This document shows, piece by piece, positions 1 through 12,417 of a stretch of 64,000 nt of DNA (the first letter of the stretch is position 1; every line of letters starts with the position of its first letter). The translations under genes and the position numbers were made by a program. This DNA comes from Octopus vulgaris (lineage: Eukaryota). The notes beneath the pieces are model-generated. The model saw only the letters and a list, made by a program, of their open reading frames with translations, was not told where the DNA came from and did not search any database. The DNA lies in assembly GCA_951406725.2 (NCBI GenBank), contig OX597820.1, positions 32,984,001 to 33,048,000 on the forward strand. Reading direction: 5' to 3'.

Positions 1-7
1 ATCATCA

Positions 8-63
<56 letters not shown>

Positions 64-707
64 GTCTTTTTTTTCTTCTTTCAAATTTGCTTCCATTTCT
101 TGCCGAGGGTCTTCCCGACTCCTAGGGCAAAGAAACTCATAGTATACATTGGTAGGCCATTAAACTAAACTCACTAGTTCGTTCTTTTATTTTTTTTTAA
201 GTTAAATTAAAATACATGGGTAGTAATAGTGCTCACATCGACAATGCTCTTCTCAATACGTGTGATGTACCAGTTAAGACAATCTTTTGCACTTCTTGCA
301 GGGATGGTAAGCCAGGGATCATTCTCATATAATTTTCGGTTCCCTTCTTGATCATTCCCAGTGCTCCTACGATTGTAACCGCCTTGAGATGCCACATTTT
401 CTCAATTTCAATGAGCAGGTCTTTATATTTTCTGAGCTTGTCAAACTCTTTCGCCGAGATATTATGATTACAGGGGATGCTCATGTCGATCAATAAGCAA
501 ACTTTATTGTTTTGGTCTTTCACAACAATATCCGGTTTATTGGCTTTGATGGTTCGGTCTGTATGTACTGGAAAGTCCCACATAATCGTTACATTTTCTC
601 CTTCAGTTACAGCTTCAGGGTGGTGATTATACCACTTGTCGGCAGTTTTGATATTGTAATGCTGACTTATTACCCAACTCTGTCATGTCTTAATTTATAC
701 TCCACTG

Positions 708-708
<1 letters not shown>
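64..708 (-). mobile_element. 5'-truncated R4/Dong-clade non-LTR retrotransposon (restriction-like endonuclease C-terminus + 3'UTR) inside (TAA)n
   Basis: Minus strand reads EYKLRHDRVG..KWYNHHPE..IMWDFPVHTDRTIKANKPDIVVKD..LIDMSIP..KLRKYKDL (RHD + PD-(D/E)xK REL motifs; ORF 233-583). (ATT)n on both sides (1-63, 709-782). Confidence 0.85.
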
Positions 709-782
<74 letters not shown>

Positions 783-1252
783 GAGAGAGCAGTGAGAATG
801 CATGCCACCAGAGTGACACGGGTAAAATATACAAAGCCCAGTATACCCATCATGACTACCCGTCTGATAAGGGTACACCAGGCACATGCATCACAACCAT
901 ATGTGCGTGACATGGTGATCTCATATCAAGATAAACAGCGCATGACCTTGCAGGTGGGGCCCAGTTAGAATGTTCTTCTGGTCGAGTAACCTATCCCGCT
1001 GAAAGGGTTCTTGAATAAGGGTTGTTTAAGGATGTTAAATGAAACACCTATGTTTCCATAGGTGAATTATTCAAACTCCATAGAATCCCTCTCAACACAT
1101 GGCTATGATGCTCCCCTACTACTTCCGCACGTGATCAGAGATGCACATATTGTCAGCCACTAAGGGACATGCTCAACTGGTTAAGGTCAAACAACTGACA
1201 AGCAAATCTGTGGTATTGAGCAGAATTTTTGCTGTAGCCCATCTTTTATAAC
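783..1252 (-). mobile_element. Non-coding interspersed repeat inserted in (TAA)n, truncated copy
   Basis: Reverse complement aligns to ~40898-41345. Flanked by (ATT)n 709-782 and 1256-1329. Confidence 0.8.
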
Positions 1253-1254
1253 AA

Positions 1255-1329
<75 letters not shown>

Positions 1330-1598
1330 GCAGTGAGCTGGTAGAATAGTTTCCACGTCGGGCAAAATTCCTGGCGGCATTTCGTCCGTTTTAACGTTCT
1401 GGTGGTGGCGACGGTCGTGGTGGTGGTGGTGGTGGTGGTGGTGGTTGTGGTAGGGTGATGGTAACCAAATATCTATGGTCGTATGCTTGAGTCATGTTTG
1501 AGAAAAGATCACATATTCAACATTTCAATTGATACGTTCACATTTCTAAACCGGCATTAACCTTGCTAGCGTCTATCGTTGCTCCAATTCCAATAGCA

Positions 1599-1681
<83 letters not shown>

Positions 1682-2441
1682 AATCTATCTATCTATCTGT
1701 GTCTGTGTATGTGTGTGTGTGTGTGTGTGTGTCTGCGTGTGCTGCTTATGTATGTGTGTGATTGTTTGCGTTTATGTGTGTGATTGTGTGCGTTTATGTG
1801 TGTGTAGTACACACACACACATGTAGCTACACACATACGCATGCATATGTAACTTCAAGTATCATACGCTGTGTCTATTCATTTTTATGAAGGTAATAAA
1901 AAATTAATGATAAAAAATTTTTCTCTCTTATTATTCTCCATACAGGCACGCATGCAAGCACGTACGCGCGCGCACACACACACACACACAGTGTTTATAT
2001 ACTGCGCAAAAAAATCAACATATATCTGTGTGTGCGTCTATATATATAAATGTGCATGTACGTGTGTGTGTGTGTATATATACACACATACATATACATA
2101 TATACGTATATATATATATATACATACATACATACATACATACATACATACATACATACATACATGTATATATGTATAAATGCAAGAACTGACTTTTATT
2201 GTACAATATTTAGAAATTAAAAGAATATTAGCATTAGAACTAATTCTCTCGAGACTATTTTTCCCCTACACGCATGTATATGTGTGTGTATGTATATATA
2301 TATATATACATACACGCAAACATACATATATACATGCATACATGCATAAATACACACATGCATGCAAATATATGCATCTGTGTAAGTCGTATATATTTAT
2401 ATGTATATATGTATACATACATATATACATACATACATACA

Positions 2442-2473
<32 letters not shown>

Positions 2474-3165
2474 GATATATATATATAGATACACAGACAC
2501 GCACGCAAATATGTTCATTCATGTATACATGTAATTAGCTACACAGAAATATGCAAATATATGATGCACAAAAACTCACGCACGCACACACACACGCACG
2601 CATTCACACATACACACGCACACACACACATACACACACACATACACACTCACACACCCACCCACCCACACACACACAAACAAAACACAAAAAAAGCAAG
2701 TTAGTTTTTTGTTCTTTGTTTTTTGTTAATGGCTAACCATCATTCAAACATAAAAATTAGAAATACTTTTCGCAAAACAAAAAAAAAACATGACAAATTC
2801 ATATTTTCCCAGCGATTACTGCATGCCTTTTTTTGGGGGGGTTATCTTTTATTTCTTCCGTCAGCAAACAATTGTCAATTCCTATTTCTCATTGTAAAAT
2901 TCCAAACAAAATAATTTTCCAGCAGATATCATGGTGTGCACGATTGAAGTAGCATTAAATTAAAATAGCCATATTTGTTTCATATGTAATATATATTTGC
3001 CGTTGCAGCCAGGTCCGAGGTAAAAGTCTCTGATAGACGTGGTGTGTAAAGACACCCACATCCACCCACTCAACCCCCACACACACACCTGCATCATGTA
3101 TGAATTATAGTTTAAAGATTCAACAGAGGTGGAATCAACAAAAAAATGTACTCCCATCTAATGAG

Positions 3166-3328
3166 AGGCGTAGGAGTGGCTGTGTGGTAAGTAGCTGGCT
3201 CACCAACCACATGGTTCCGGGTTCAGTCCCACTGCGTGACACCTTGGGTAAGTGTCTTTTACTATAGCTTCGGACCGACCAAATCCTTGTGAGTGGATTT
3301 GGTAGACGGAAACTGAAAGAAGCCCGTC

Positions 3329-3425
<97 letters not shown>

Positions 3426-3660
3426 ATGTGTGTGCATGCGTGCGCGTGTGTGTGTTTGTGTGTCTATGTTTGTCCCCATCCCCAACATCACTTGACAACC
3501 GATGCTGGTGTGTTTAAGTCCTCGTAACTTAGCGGTTCGGCAAAAGAGATCGATAGAATAAGTACTAGGCTTACAAAGAATATGTCCAGGGGTTGATTTG
3601 CTCGACTAAAGGCGGTGCTCCAGCATGGCCACAGTCAAATGACTGAAACAAGTAAAAGAG
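3166..3660 (+). mobile_element. tRNA-derived SINE family A with internal (TA)n/(TG)n
   Basis: Head GGAGTGGCTGTGTGGTAAG..GGTTCAGTCCC, tail ..GACTGAAACAAGTAAAAGAG, TSD TAATGAG (3159-3165/3661-3667). Many copies in the window. Confidence 0.9.
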
Positions 3661-5013
3661 TAATGAGGTTTTTTTGTAATTATCGAATTTCAAGAGTTTA
3701 ATAAGGTGTTTTGAAATGATTTGATTGCACATTGGAATCCGTAACCTTGGAATGATTTGATTGAAGTTACGCATTTTGTATATGATATGATGCTTCGGAA
3801 TATATCATCACGTCTTTTGAAATAATTTGATTGTAGTGATCCTTTTTTTTTTCTTTTTTCCAATGCGTGCTATTGTAGTTTGTAATTCTTTGACTGTAAT
3901 AATAAACTTTGGTATTAATTCACTGAAATATAAAAGGAAAAATGCATTTCCTACTTATTTTCCTATTATCCCTTGACTTATGTGGAATATTTTTAACATT
4001 TTGCTACACGGGCGCACACACATATATACTCACTGACATACACATATATGCACACAGACGTATAGAACACTGTTTTTCAATGTCCGAGTGTACAAGAACT
4101 TGTTAAATATGATTGTATACACTAATATTTCATTCAACACTGCTTAGTGCACCTCTGATTAATAAATTCCAGCTTGTCAAAACTTTTTACACGTTACCAA
4201 ATATACCATGTGCTTGTCTTGTGTAAAAGCGACCAGTTTTTAATGGTCATCAACAATGCGTCGACACTCTTAACTAACAAAGTCTAACAACACATTTGTC
4301 CAATGGTCCAGTGACACGTCACGCATGGGCTGGTGATGCGTTTGAATGTACGCATTGTCTTTAAGGGAAATTGGGCAGATATTGTCCGAGTAAACACGAA
4401 CATGTTAAATATGACAGTACATAACAATACATATATTTCCATCTTCCCCTCAGCTGTAGTCCTTTTTCCTTAACCCCCACTTTTTTTGTTACACACACGC
4501 GCACACATATACACACATTGCTTAAATATATACATTACTCTTACACACATTCAATCTACTCGCCATTAATACTACCACGACACTGGACACACACACACAC
4601 TACTACTCAACACACGCTGGCACGCTACATACGCCCCCACCCCTTCCCCTCCCTCCCTTCCTCTTTCCTTCTTTTTCTTACTACTGACCACTGTCTGCTT
4701 GCCTACCACTGTCTCGCCCTACCTCACACGCCTACACACAGACGCACACACTAACACATACATATATTTTTTGTTTTTTTATCTCGCCTCACACACAGAC
4801 ATACACACACGCACACGCACACACTCACACATACACACACATCTGTTGCGTTACCAACCTTGTCTCCACTCTTTGGCTTTAAAAACCTACTTTGCCCTTG
4901 TTATCGTAAACTTCCGCCTTTCACCATGTGTAACTCGTAAACACCAGTCGTTTTTTTTCTCTATCCCTGTTGCCCGCTTTGGGATCTTTCTTTCCTCTCT
5001 CTTCCTTCTTTAT

Positions 5014-5048
5014 GTTTCCGACGAAGAGCTCCGCTCGAAACGTCATAC
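5014..5048 (+). ncRNA. Degenerate minimal hammerhead motif
   Basis: CCGACGA-a-GAGC-tcc-GCTC-GAAA-CG-TC; the element ends at (TA)n near 5140. Confidence 0.45.
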
Positions 5049-5135
5049 CTTCCTGCTTCCATTTCCTGAGCGCCTATTAATAATAATACTGTAATTGTTC
5101 CATTGTTGTTGTTTTTTTGTTTTCCCGTTTGGATT

Positions 5136-5178
<43 letters not shown>

Positions 5179-5180
<2 letters not shown>

Positions 5181-5480
5181 ATAATTTAGGGTATCTAAGA
5201 GATATACCACCACGCTGGAAATAGCAGCAAAAACTTGACTCTAAAACCACACTAAATGTTCATACAGAACCAGGAGAGAAAACAAAGAAACAAACTAGTG
5301 GTGTATGAACATTTAATGTGGTTTTAGAGTCACGTTTTGGCTGCTATTTCCAGCGTGGTGGTATCTCTTAGATACCCTAAATTATAATTTTAATAATTAT
5401 TACCATTACCTTTGAAGGTTTTTATTCCCATGCTGACCACCTGATAAGATCGATATTTAAGTAACGATCTTATCCTTATA
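5179..5480. repeat. Fold-back element with right-hand tail
   Basis: Inverted arms 5179-5266/5302-5387 next to (TA)n; tail 5388-5480. Confidence 0.9.
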
Positions 5481-5525
<45 letters not shown>

Positions 5526-5849
5526 TTCTGTGTCTGTCTGTCTGTCTGTATTTGTCCCCGCCCGCCACCGCTCGACAATATATATATATATATTGTGTTG
5601 TGTCCGGGGAGCGTCATTTTGTCTTTCCGACTTATTAACTAACACACTCACCGGTTCAATTTCCACTCAATTTATTTGTGTTAGTTAATAAGGCGTATAG
5701 ACTAAATGACTCTTCCCAGACACAAAATTTGCTTCATCACACGAATTCATATAAAGAATCTCTCAAACTAGATACAAAAACGAAGTATACATACATACAC
5801 ACATGTATGTATGTATGTATGTATGTATGTATGTATGTATGTATGTATG

Positions 5850-5880
<31 letters not shown>

Positions 5881-6334
5881 GTATGTATGTATGTATATAT
5901 GTATGTATGTATGTGTATATGTATGTGTAAGAGTCTCTATCATGCTGTTAAGAGAACTCTGTAATCAAAGCACTACTTGACACCATTTTTTATGGCTCCT
6001 TCTGTAATTACATTCATTAACCATTAACTAGCTCCACGACACACAGACGGGGACGGCATTTCAAGTCACGAGACACGAAGAACAGAAACTGGTGGTAGTC
6101 GTCGTGACTGGGTGTCCGCAGCTCTAGTAGAGGTCGAGATTGGATGGATTTACGGGAAGAGTAAAAAGACACTAACCAGTGAATCAACTCTTTGTTTTGT
6201 ATTCTATGTGGAATGGATTCTCTTTTCAAGTAAAATTCTATGTACTCGTGACATTCGTAGTACCTTGCTTGCCATTAATCTCTTAGTGATTACTCTGGTA
6301 CTTTTTTTTTGTTTTACTTCTATACCTTTTGTGT

Positions 6335-6535
6335 CATACCGACTCATAAGGGCCCGTTTCCCGGTTTCCATGGCGTTTGAATTCTCCACAGGTCCGTCGC
6401 AAGATTACTCAATTTTGCCAGTGAAGTTGACTGCAGCAACTTGAAATGAAGTGTTTTGCTTAAGAAGACAAGGCATCGCCCGATCTAGGAATCGAAACCA
6501 CAATCTTACGGTCATGAGTCCAATACCCTTGCCAT
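6335..6535 (-). mobile_element. tRNA-derived SINE family B (degenerate)
   Basis: Matches 13723-13986 and 26335-26586 (GAATCGAAACCACAATCTTACG; GGCCCGTTTCCCGGTTTCC). Confidence 0.7.
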
Positions 6536-6544
6536 TAATCCTGG

Positions 6545-7054
6545 TGTAGTTAAAGCTCAGTTGGAACATTTGCAAGCCGATGTCAGGAGGCAGAAGAAAA
6601 CGAACATTCGAAAAGTATTTCAGAAGGATGCCATTCCCGAAAACAAGGAATTTTTATGTATCTTTTAGTCAAGAAGGAGGGTAATGTTTAGGAACTTGTT
6701 GCAAGGATGAAGGAAAGAATTCTCAAATGGGAGAACTGACTCCAAATGTTTGCAACAGAAGAGACTCTGTTACCACCTCACCCCTAACATCTGGCCACCT
6801 AACTCTCCACACTGCGACCCCTTTGATTATTATGTGTCGGGCGTAGTTGTAACACCAAAGCTGAACTGAAGGCAAGGATTATGGCAGCATTCACCAAGCA
6901 AGGAGGAGTTGCAGGAGATGCCGGAATAAATTTACTCTTTAGTATTTCAAGATATTTTTATATAATTTTGCTAAATGTATTTGTTAAAATGCAATATCAG
7001 TGTTATTTTCATTTTTGCGTAATTTAGAAGACAATTTATTCACCGCACTCTGTA
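6545..7054 (+). mobile_element. Deleted IS630-Tc1-mariner element (maT/DD37D-like), 3' part
   Basis: Encodes IWPPNSPHCDPFDYYVSGVV (WPPNSPDLNPLDY-like); ends ..CACCGCACTCTG+TA. Confidence 0.65.
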
Positions 7055-7324
7055 TATAGTTTGCTTTTGGACATTTGTTGTGTGTGAATATAGAACTGAA
7101 AAAATTGGAGTCAACAAGAAGGGGTACAGTTGAACATTTATTTTTTAATCACTACAATTGTTTCCAAGTGACGCAGTCCTCCAGACGTGCAGATACTTGA
7201 TTAAACAACTATTTCCCAGCATCATGAGTTCTAGTTGTGTTTCCTCGGGCGATATATAAATATGGTCTCCGTAAGTTTAAAATCCTCGGCTTCAAGAACA
7301 TCCCCTTTGTCTGTCGTGGCTTGA

Positions 7325-8301
7325 ATTTAGCAGTCTGTCATTCAGTAACAACTTTAGCTGTGTGAAATGGTGCATTATTACCCTGAAAGATTGCGTTTCC
7401 CCCCGGAAACAGCTCCGCAAACATGGGATGAATTTGATCAGATAAAAAAACTTAAATAGTCTTGACTATTAATACTTCCATGAAGTGAAACCATTGGGCC
7501 GGCGGATTTCCAAGATATAGCTTCCTCCCACCTCAGATCATCACAGATCCTCCTCCATGTTTAACAGTTGGAAGAAGGCGGTCTGGCTCAAATGCTTCTT
7601 TTGGCTGTCCCCACACGTATACTCAGCCGGTGATCGGAAATAAGTTAATGGATGACTCGTCCGAGAAAATAAAATTCTACTACTGCTCTAGGGACCAATT
7701 CTGTAGGTTTTTACTCCACTCTAAACGCTTTGCAACGTTTGTTTTTGAAAGTATTGGTTTTCTGATTGCAGCCCTTCCGTGAAATCCGGCTTTGTGCAGC
7801 TCCCGGCGAACAGGTTTTGTGAAAACTGGGTTCTCGAGGTGGTCATTAAGTTCGCAGTAATTTTGGGAGCTGTACTTTTGTGATCCTTTCTAACAGTTCG
7901 TGTAAGAGTCCGACGGTCCGTATCTGAAAGTTTTGGTTTTCTTCCGGAGTTTTCTTTCGACGAGGAGGTTTTTCCATATTTCACAAAGACTGTCATTACT
8001 TTCGAGAGAGTACTTCTTGATACACCAAACATCTCGGCTGTTTTCGTTACGTTAGGACCAGCCATCCGAGCACTAACAATTTAACCTCTTTGAAAGTCCG
8101 ATAGATCTCTCATTTGAATGAATTTTAATCACTTTTTTCTGGTGATTTCTGAAAAGAAACAGTAATTTTAGCAACACATATTAAGCAACGCTAGTAATAA
8201 ATAAAAAAAGATAAAAATAAACAAGCTTTTGACGGTTTTATAGATATTTCAAAATTATGATGCTATGATGCTAGGTCCTTCCATTATTTTGTCCAATCCC
8301 G
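7325..8301 (-). mobile_element. Decayed Tc1-like transposon
   Basis: ORF 7721-8065 HTH (AEMFGVSRST..SGRKPKLS); downstream frames give IFSDES, VKHGGGSVMI, FQGNNAP; TIR-like GGATTGGACAAAATAATGGAA at TA ~8301. Confidence 0.9.
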
Positions 8302-8506
8302 ATATATATGTATAATCAATGAAGTTAACTTAATGAAAGAAGATAACATAAGTTAATAAGTACTTTTAAAGACTTCTGCATTTTCAGATTCTTTTCCTTA
8401 TGTATATATATATATAAGCAAGTTTGCTGTTGAAAATGCACCTAAATTTGAAAAACTTGTAATTGTTTATAGTTTCAACAATATTTTTGTTTATCAATGG
8501 TAAAAA

Positions 8507-8650
8507 TTTAGAATTGTGAATTAGTAAAACATCTTTAAAAATTTCAAAACTGAGAAGTTTAAATGTTCATAATAGACAAGTTTAGAATTATGAATTAGAA
8601 AAACATGTTTAAAAATTATGATGTTGACAAGTTTAAATGCTCATAGCAGT
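8507..8650 (+). repeat. Degenerate ~74 bp tandem duplication
   Basis: TTTAGAATT(G/A)TGAATTAG(T/A)AAAACAT..TTTAAAAATT..AAGTTTAAATG..CATA occurs twice. Confidence 0.6.
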
Positions 8651-8819
8651 CAATAATAATTAAACTGTGCACCAAATTGTTTGAATGTACAAAGCTCATT
8701 AGTGTTAGTAGTGATCGACAAGAAATGAATATTATCAAAGTTACAGCCATACTGAGTTAAGAGGGGAAAAAACAAGGGAGAAATGAAGATAGTAAAAAAA
8801 AAAAAAGGATTTAGTTTAT

Positions 8820-9745
8820 AACATCTCTGATCCTCCTTCCGTCGTGTGTAATGGTGTGTTTTGGAATCTGGTGTATTTATAATTTTTTTTCGCGAGCGGA
8901 TTTGATTTTTGATTCGTTAAAGTACTGGTGACGTCTTGATTTCCGGTGGTCAAGTTTGTCGTTCTGCCTGGTTGGCTTCCCTGTGGGGAATAGTCATTAG
9001 TCGTTGGTTGATTCTCTTAAAGGGTCATTAGTATTTGGTGAAGTTCGGTTTTGATTGGTCTAGAGTTAGGTGAGGTCATCAACTGGTGTTTAGAGGTAAG
9101 TCACGTCGGCAAGTGATGTTTGTATGGTGTTATTGAATGGTGATTTGGAGCTGCGGTTTCGAAAGCCGGGTGGAAGACTGTTACTTAAGTTTTTAAAATT
9201 GTTTGTTCTTCCTGGTTGTTATTTTGTGGAGAAATTAGGTCCTTTTCCTTTCTTCTCTTTAGTATTTTTTCTTCTTTCTAAAGGATATTCAGCTGTAGTA
9301 TATATTTTTTAATGAGTATGCTTTCCTTATTTAAACGGAATTGGATTGAAGTGTTTCCGGTGAGTTGATAGATAGGGAAGATTTAGTATTTCGGGTTTAT
9401 GTTTATTGGTCTAGGTGTTTGCTTATAGGAATTTTTCTAGTCGTGGGGTCCCGGATTTGTTGCTTGTGCACTGTTTGTCTGTCCCTCAAGGTTAAACTAG
9501 TTTGACCTATATAGTCTCCACCACACCCTCCACATTTGAGAACATAGATTACGTTCTTCGAAAACAGGTGAGGTGATATTTTATGGTAAAATTTGACCTG
9601 ACTTAACTTTGTATGTTGAGCCATCTAAGAGGAAGATGCAACTTGCGCAATTAGGACAGTTGTACTTATTGACTAGTGGGGTTGTATTTTTGGTGGGTAA
9701 TTAAGTCAGGTCAAACTTTTACCATAAGCTTTCGTTAAGTTAACT
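8820..9745 (-). mobile_element. Penelope-like element 3' fragment with Cys linker and GIY-YIG endonuclease pseudogene
   Basis: KYNCPNCASC..KSGQ(T)FTIKYHLTC.SKNVIYVLKCGGCGGDYIGQTSLTLRDRQTVHKQQIR..IFPIYQL..RLNKESILIKKY..LN (frameshifts and stops). The Cys motif before a C-terminal EN is Neptune-like. The left boundary is uncertain. Confidence 0.85.
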
Positions 9746-9923
9746 TCATTGATTATATATATATATATATATATTTATTTATATAACCATACGTTTCCGG
9801 ATTCAGTCCCACTTCATGTTCCCATGGGCAAATGTCTTTTACTATATCACGGAGTCGACCAAAGCCTTATATGTGGATTTAGGAGAATGAAACTGAGAGA
9901 AGCTCGTCTTATGTGTGTGTGTA

Positions 9924-9967
<44 letters not shown>

Positions 9968-10132
9968 CGTATATGCCTTGTGCAAAAAGGAGAACACATT
10001 TAACATGGCTTGTAGACACTTGATATCTACTTCTAGCGTATTGGCGTTGTCCCTCCGGCGCCCTTAATTACAATTATATATTTATAATTAAATACATGGC
10101 ATGGACCAGTCTTTGGTCGAAACATAGCTAAG

Positions 10133-10209
<77 letters not shown>

Positions 10210-10210
10210 C

Positions 10211-10305
<95 letters not shown>

Positions 10306-10420
10306 ACAGGTTTAACCAGGACTTCTGGTTGTCACCTTATTCGTGTTTTCGTATTTCCCAAATGAGAAAGCTACCAACGTTTATTTTTAAAATTCCCTTC
10401 TGTTTTCTAAATCAACACAA

Positions 10421-10460
<40 letters not shown>

Positions 10461-10875
10461 ACATACACACATGCATAAGCACACAAACACACAGTGCGAT
10501 AGACAAACAGAAGCATACATAAATACATGCATACACACGCACGCACACACACACACACACACACACATAATATAAATATATGCACACACGCGCACAAACT
10601 TTCATAAAGCACATCGTACGGGGCAAAGTGGCCCTCAAGACACTTACGTAATATACTCAGACCAAAAGCAGATTTCAGCACCATCTAAAAGCGATACATT
10701 TATACAAAGTATGTTCTGTCTCGATTGCTAAGTAGCTAAGGCGTCTGATGTGGTGATAATAGGGAGCTGAAGTTTCGTATTATTGAGAACTACTTGAGAA
10801 TTTGAGATTTGCTTCAGATTTCTCTAGAGAAGTTCAATGGACCTTCTACAAAAATTGCGACACTCATGACGTTTG

Positions 10876-10916
<41 letters not shown>

Positions 10917-10993
10917 ACACACACAGAGAAATGCAAACACACATTTGTACGTAGATGTGTGTGTGTATATATATGTACATATATTAATGTATA

Positions 10994-11159
10994 TACAGTT
11001 CCATATTTAAGAGATGTTCATTATTTAAATTATTTACATTCGACGGATATTTGTCCCGATCTTGCTGTTAACACAACGTTTCGGCTGATATACCAGCCTT
11101 CTTCAGGTGTCTTGGAGAAATTTCAAACCTGGGTTCTCATTCCTAAAGTATTTTTCGAA

Positions 11160-11204
<45 letters not shown>

Positions 11205-11292
11205 TTTGTTGTTTAGGTCGCTGCTTGGAATCGAACTCGGAATCCTGGAGTTAATAGCCCGCGCTCTTAGCCACTACGCCATATGCCCGTGG
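10994..11292 (-). mobile_element. tRNA-head/(AAT)n/hammerhead element, copy 1 (left arm)
   Basis: Reverse complement of 11332-11750 plus ~30 nt extra 3' tail; same 3' terminus as the copy at 54889. Confidence 0.85.
11070..11111 (-). ncRNA. Minimal type I hammerhead ribozyme motif
   Basis: gacac-CTGAAGA-a-GGCTG-gtatat-CAGCC-GAAA-CG-TT-gtgtt; palindromic ACGT stem III. Confidence 0.75.
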
Positions 11293-11331
11293 GCATATGG
11301 GGTAGGAATATTTCCAGGAGTATATGTATCA

Positions 11332-11418
11332 CCACGGGCATATGGTGTAGTGGTTAAGAGCGCGGGCTACTATCCCCAAGCCAAGATTCCGAATTCGATT
11401 CCAAGCCGGGACCTTAAC

Positions 11419-11481
<63 letters not shown>

Positions 11482-11529
11482 TATAATAATAATAATAATA
11501 ACAATAATAATAATAATAATAACAACAAC

Positions 11530-11598
<69 letters not shown>

Positions 11599-11750
11599 TA
11601 CGACAACATCGAAAAATACCTTAGGAATGAGAACCCAGACTCGAAATTTTTCCAAGATACCTGAAGAAGGCTGGAGGATATAGCAGCCGAAACTTTGTGT
11701 TAACAACAAACAAGATGAAGACGTTGAATGTAAATAATGTAAATAATGTA
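11332..11750 (+). mobile_element. tRNA-head/(AAT)n/hammerhead element, copy 2 (right arm)
   Basis: A box TGGTGTAGTGG 11343-11353, B-box-like GAATTCGATTCC 11391-11402, (AAT)n 11416-11600, then HHR tail. Confidence 0.85.
11656..11701 (+). ncRNA. Minimal hammerhead ribozyme motif
   Basis: gatac-CTGAAGA-a-GGCTG-gaggatatag-CAGCC-GAAA-ct-TT-gtgtt. Confidence 0.7.
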
Positions 11751-11781
11751 TTAATGCATTTACTTCACACAACATGTATTA

Positions 11782-11818
11782 GACGTAGTTTCACATACAT
11801 GGCAAATATGTTCATCGG
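11782..11818 (-). ncRNA. Degenerate hammerhead motif
   Basis: CCGATGA-ACATA-tttgccatg-TATGT-GAAA-ctacG-TC; stem I not evident. Confidence 0.45.
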
Positions 11819-12417
11819 GCGCTGATTATTCTATGAAACCAAGAAGTTTAAATAGTGAACCGAGCGAGAGGCGATGCTAAAGCATATTTAATGGAAGATT
11901 CCACTATAGGTGAGCTACCAAATTGAACTGATATATATATATATATATCTACATGTGTGTGTGTGTGTGTATATGTGTGCGCGAATATACATATCAAGAT
12001 ATGCACAATGCGACAAATTGGCTGAGGCTTTAGGGAAACGGATAAATACCTTGCCATAATAGTTTCGCCCTTTTGCATTCTGAGTTGAAATCCCATCAAA
12101 GTCGCGTTTTATTTTATAGTCAATAAAAAAATTTGTACATGTCTGGTGAAAGTAGTAGAGGGTTAGACAAGATGCAATACGGAATTTTTTTTTTCGGCCT
12201 TTAGTGTTTTGAGAGCAACACCGGCTGTGACACAACTACCAAACCGTATTTGTCTGCTCATTCTCTTGGGCAAAATAACGGAGGCATGGGGACATGAACC
12301 CGGCATGTGTGGGCAACTACTGGTCTTATGCAATAAACCTTACACACTTTTTAGATATTTCCTAAATCGAAAGGAATATTTCCAGGAGTAACCTCATCGT
12401 TAACACCACCCGTCTAA

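Noticed and set aside
4080-4428. ~45 bp direct repeat 300 bp apart enclosing GACCA..TGGTC..CGTCGACAC
   Set aside because: Possibly a decayed pseudo-LTR element, but too degenerate to support.
11336-11415. tRNA gene
   Set aside because: A/B boxes are present but there is no proper acceptor stem; it is the head of a multi-copy element.
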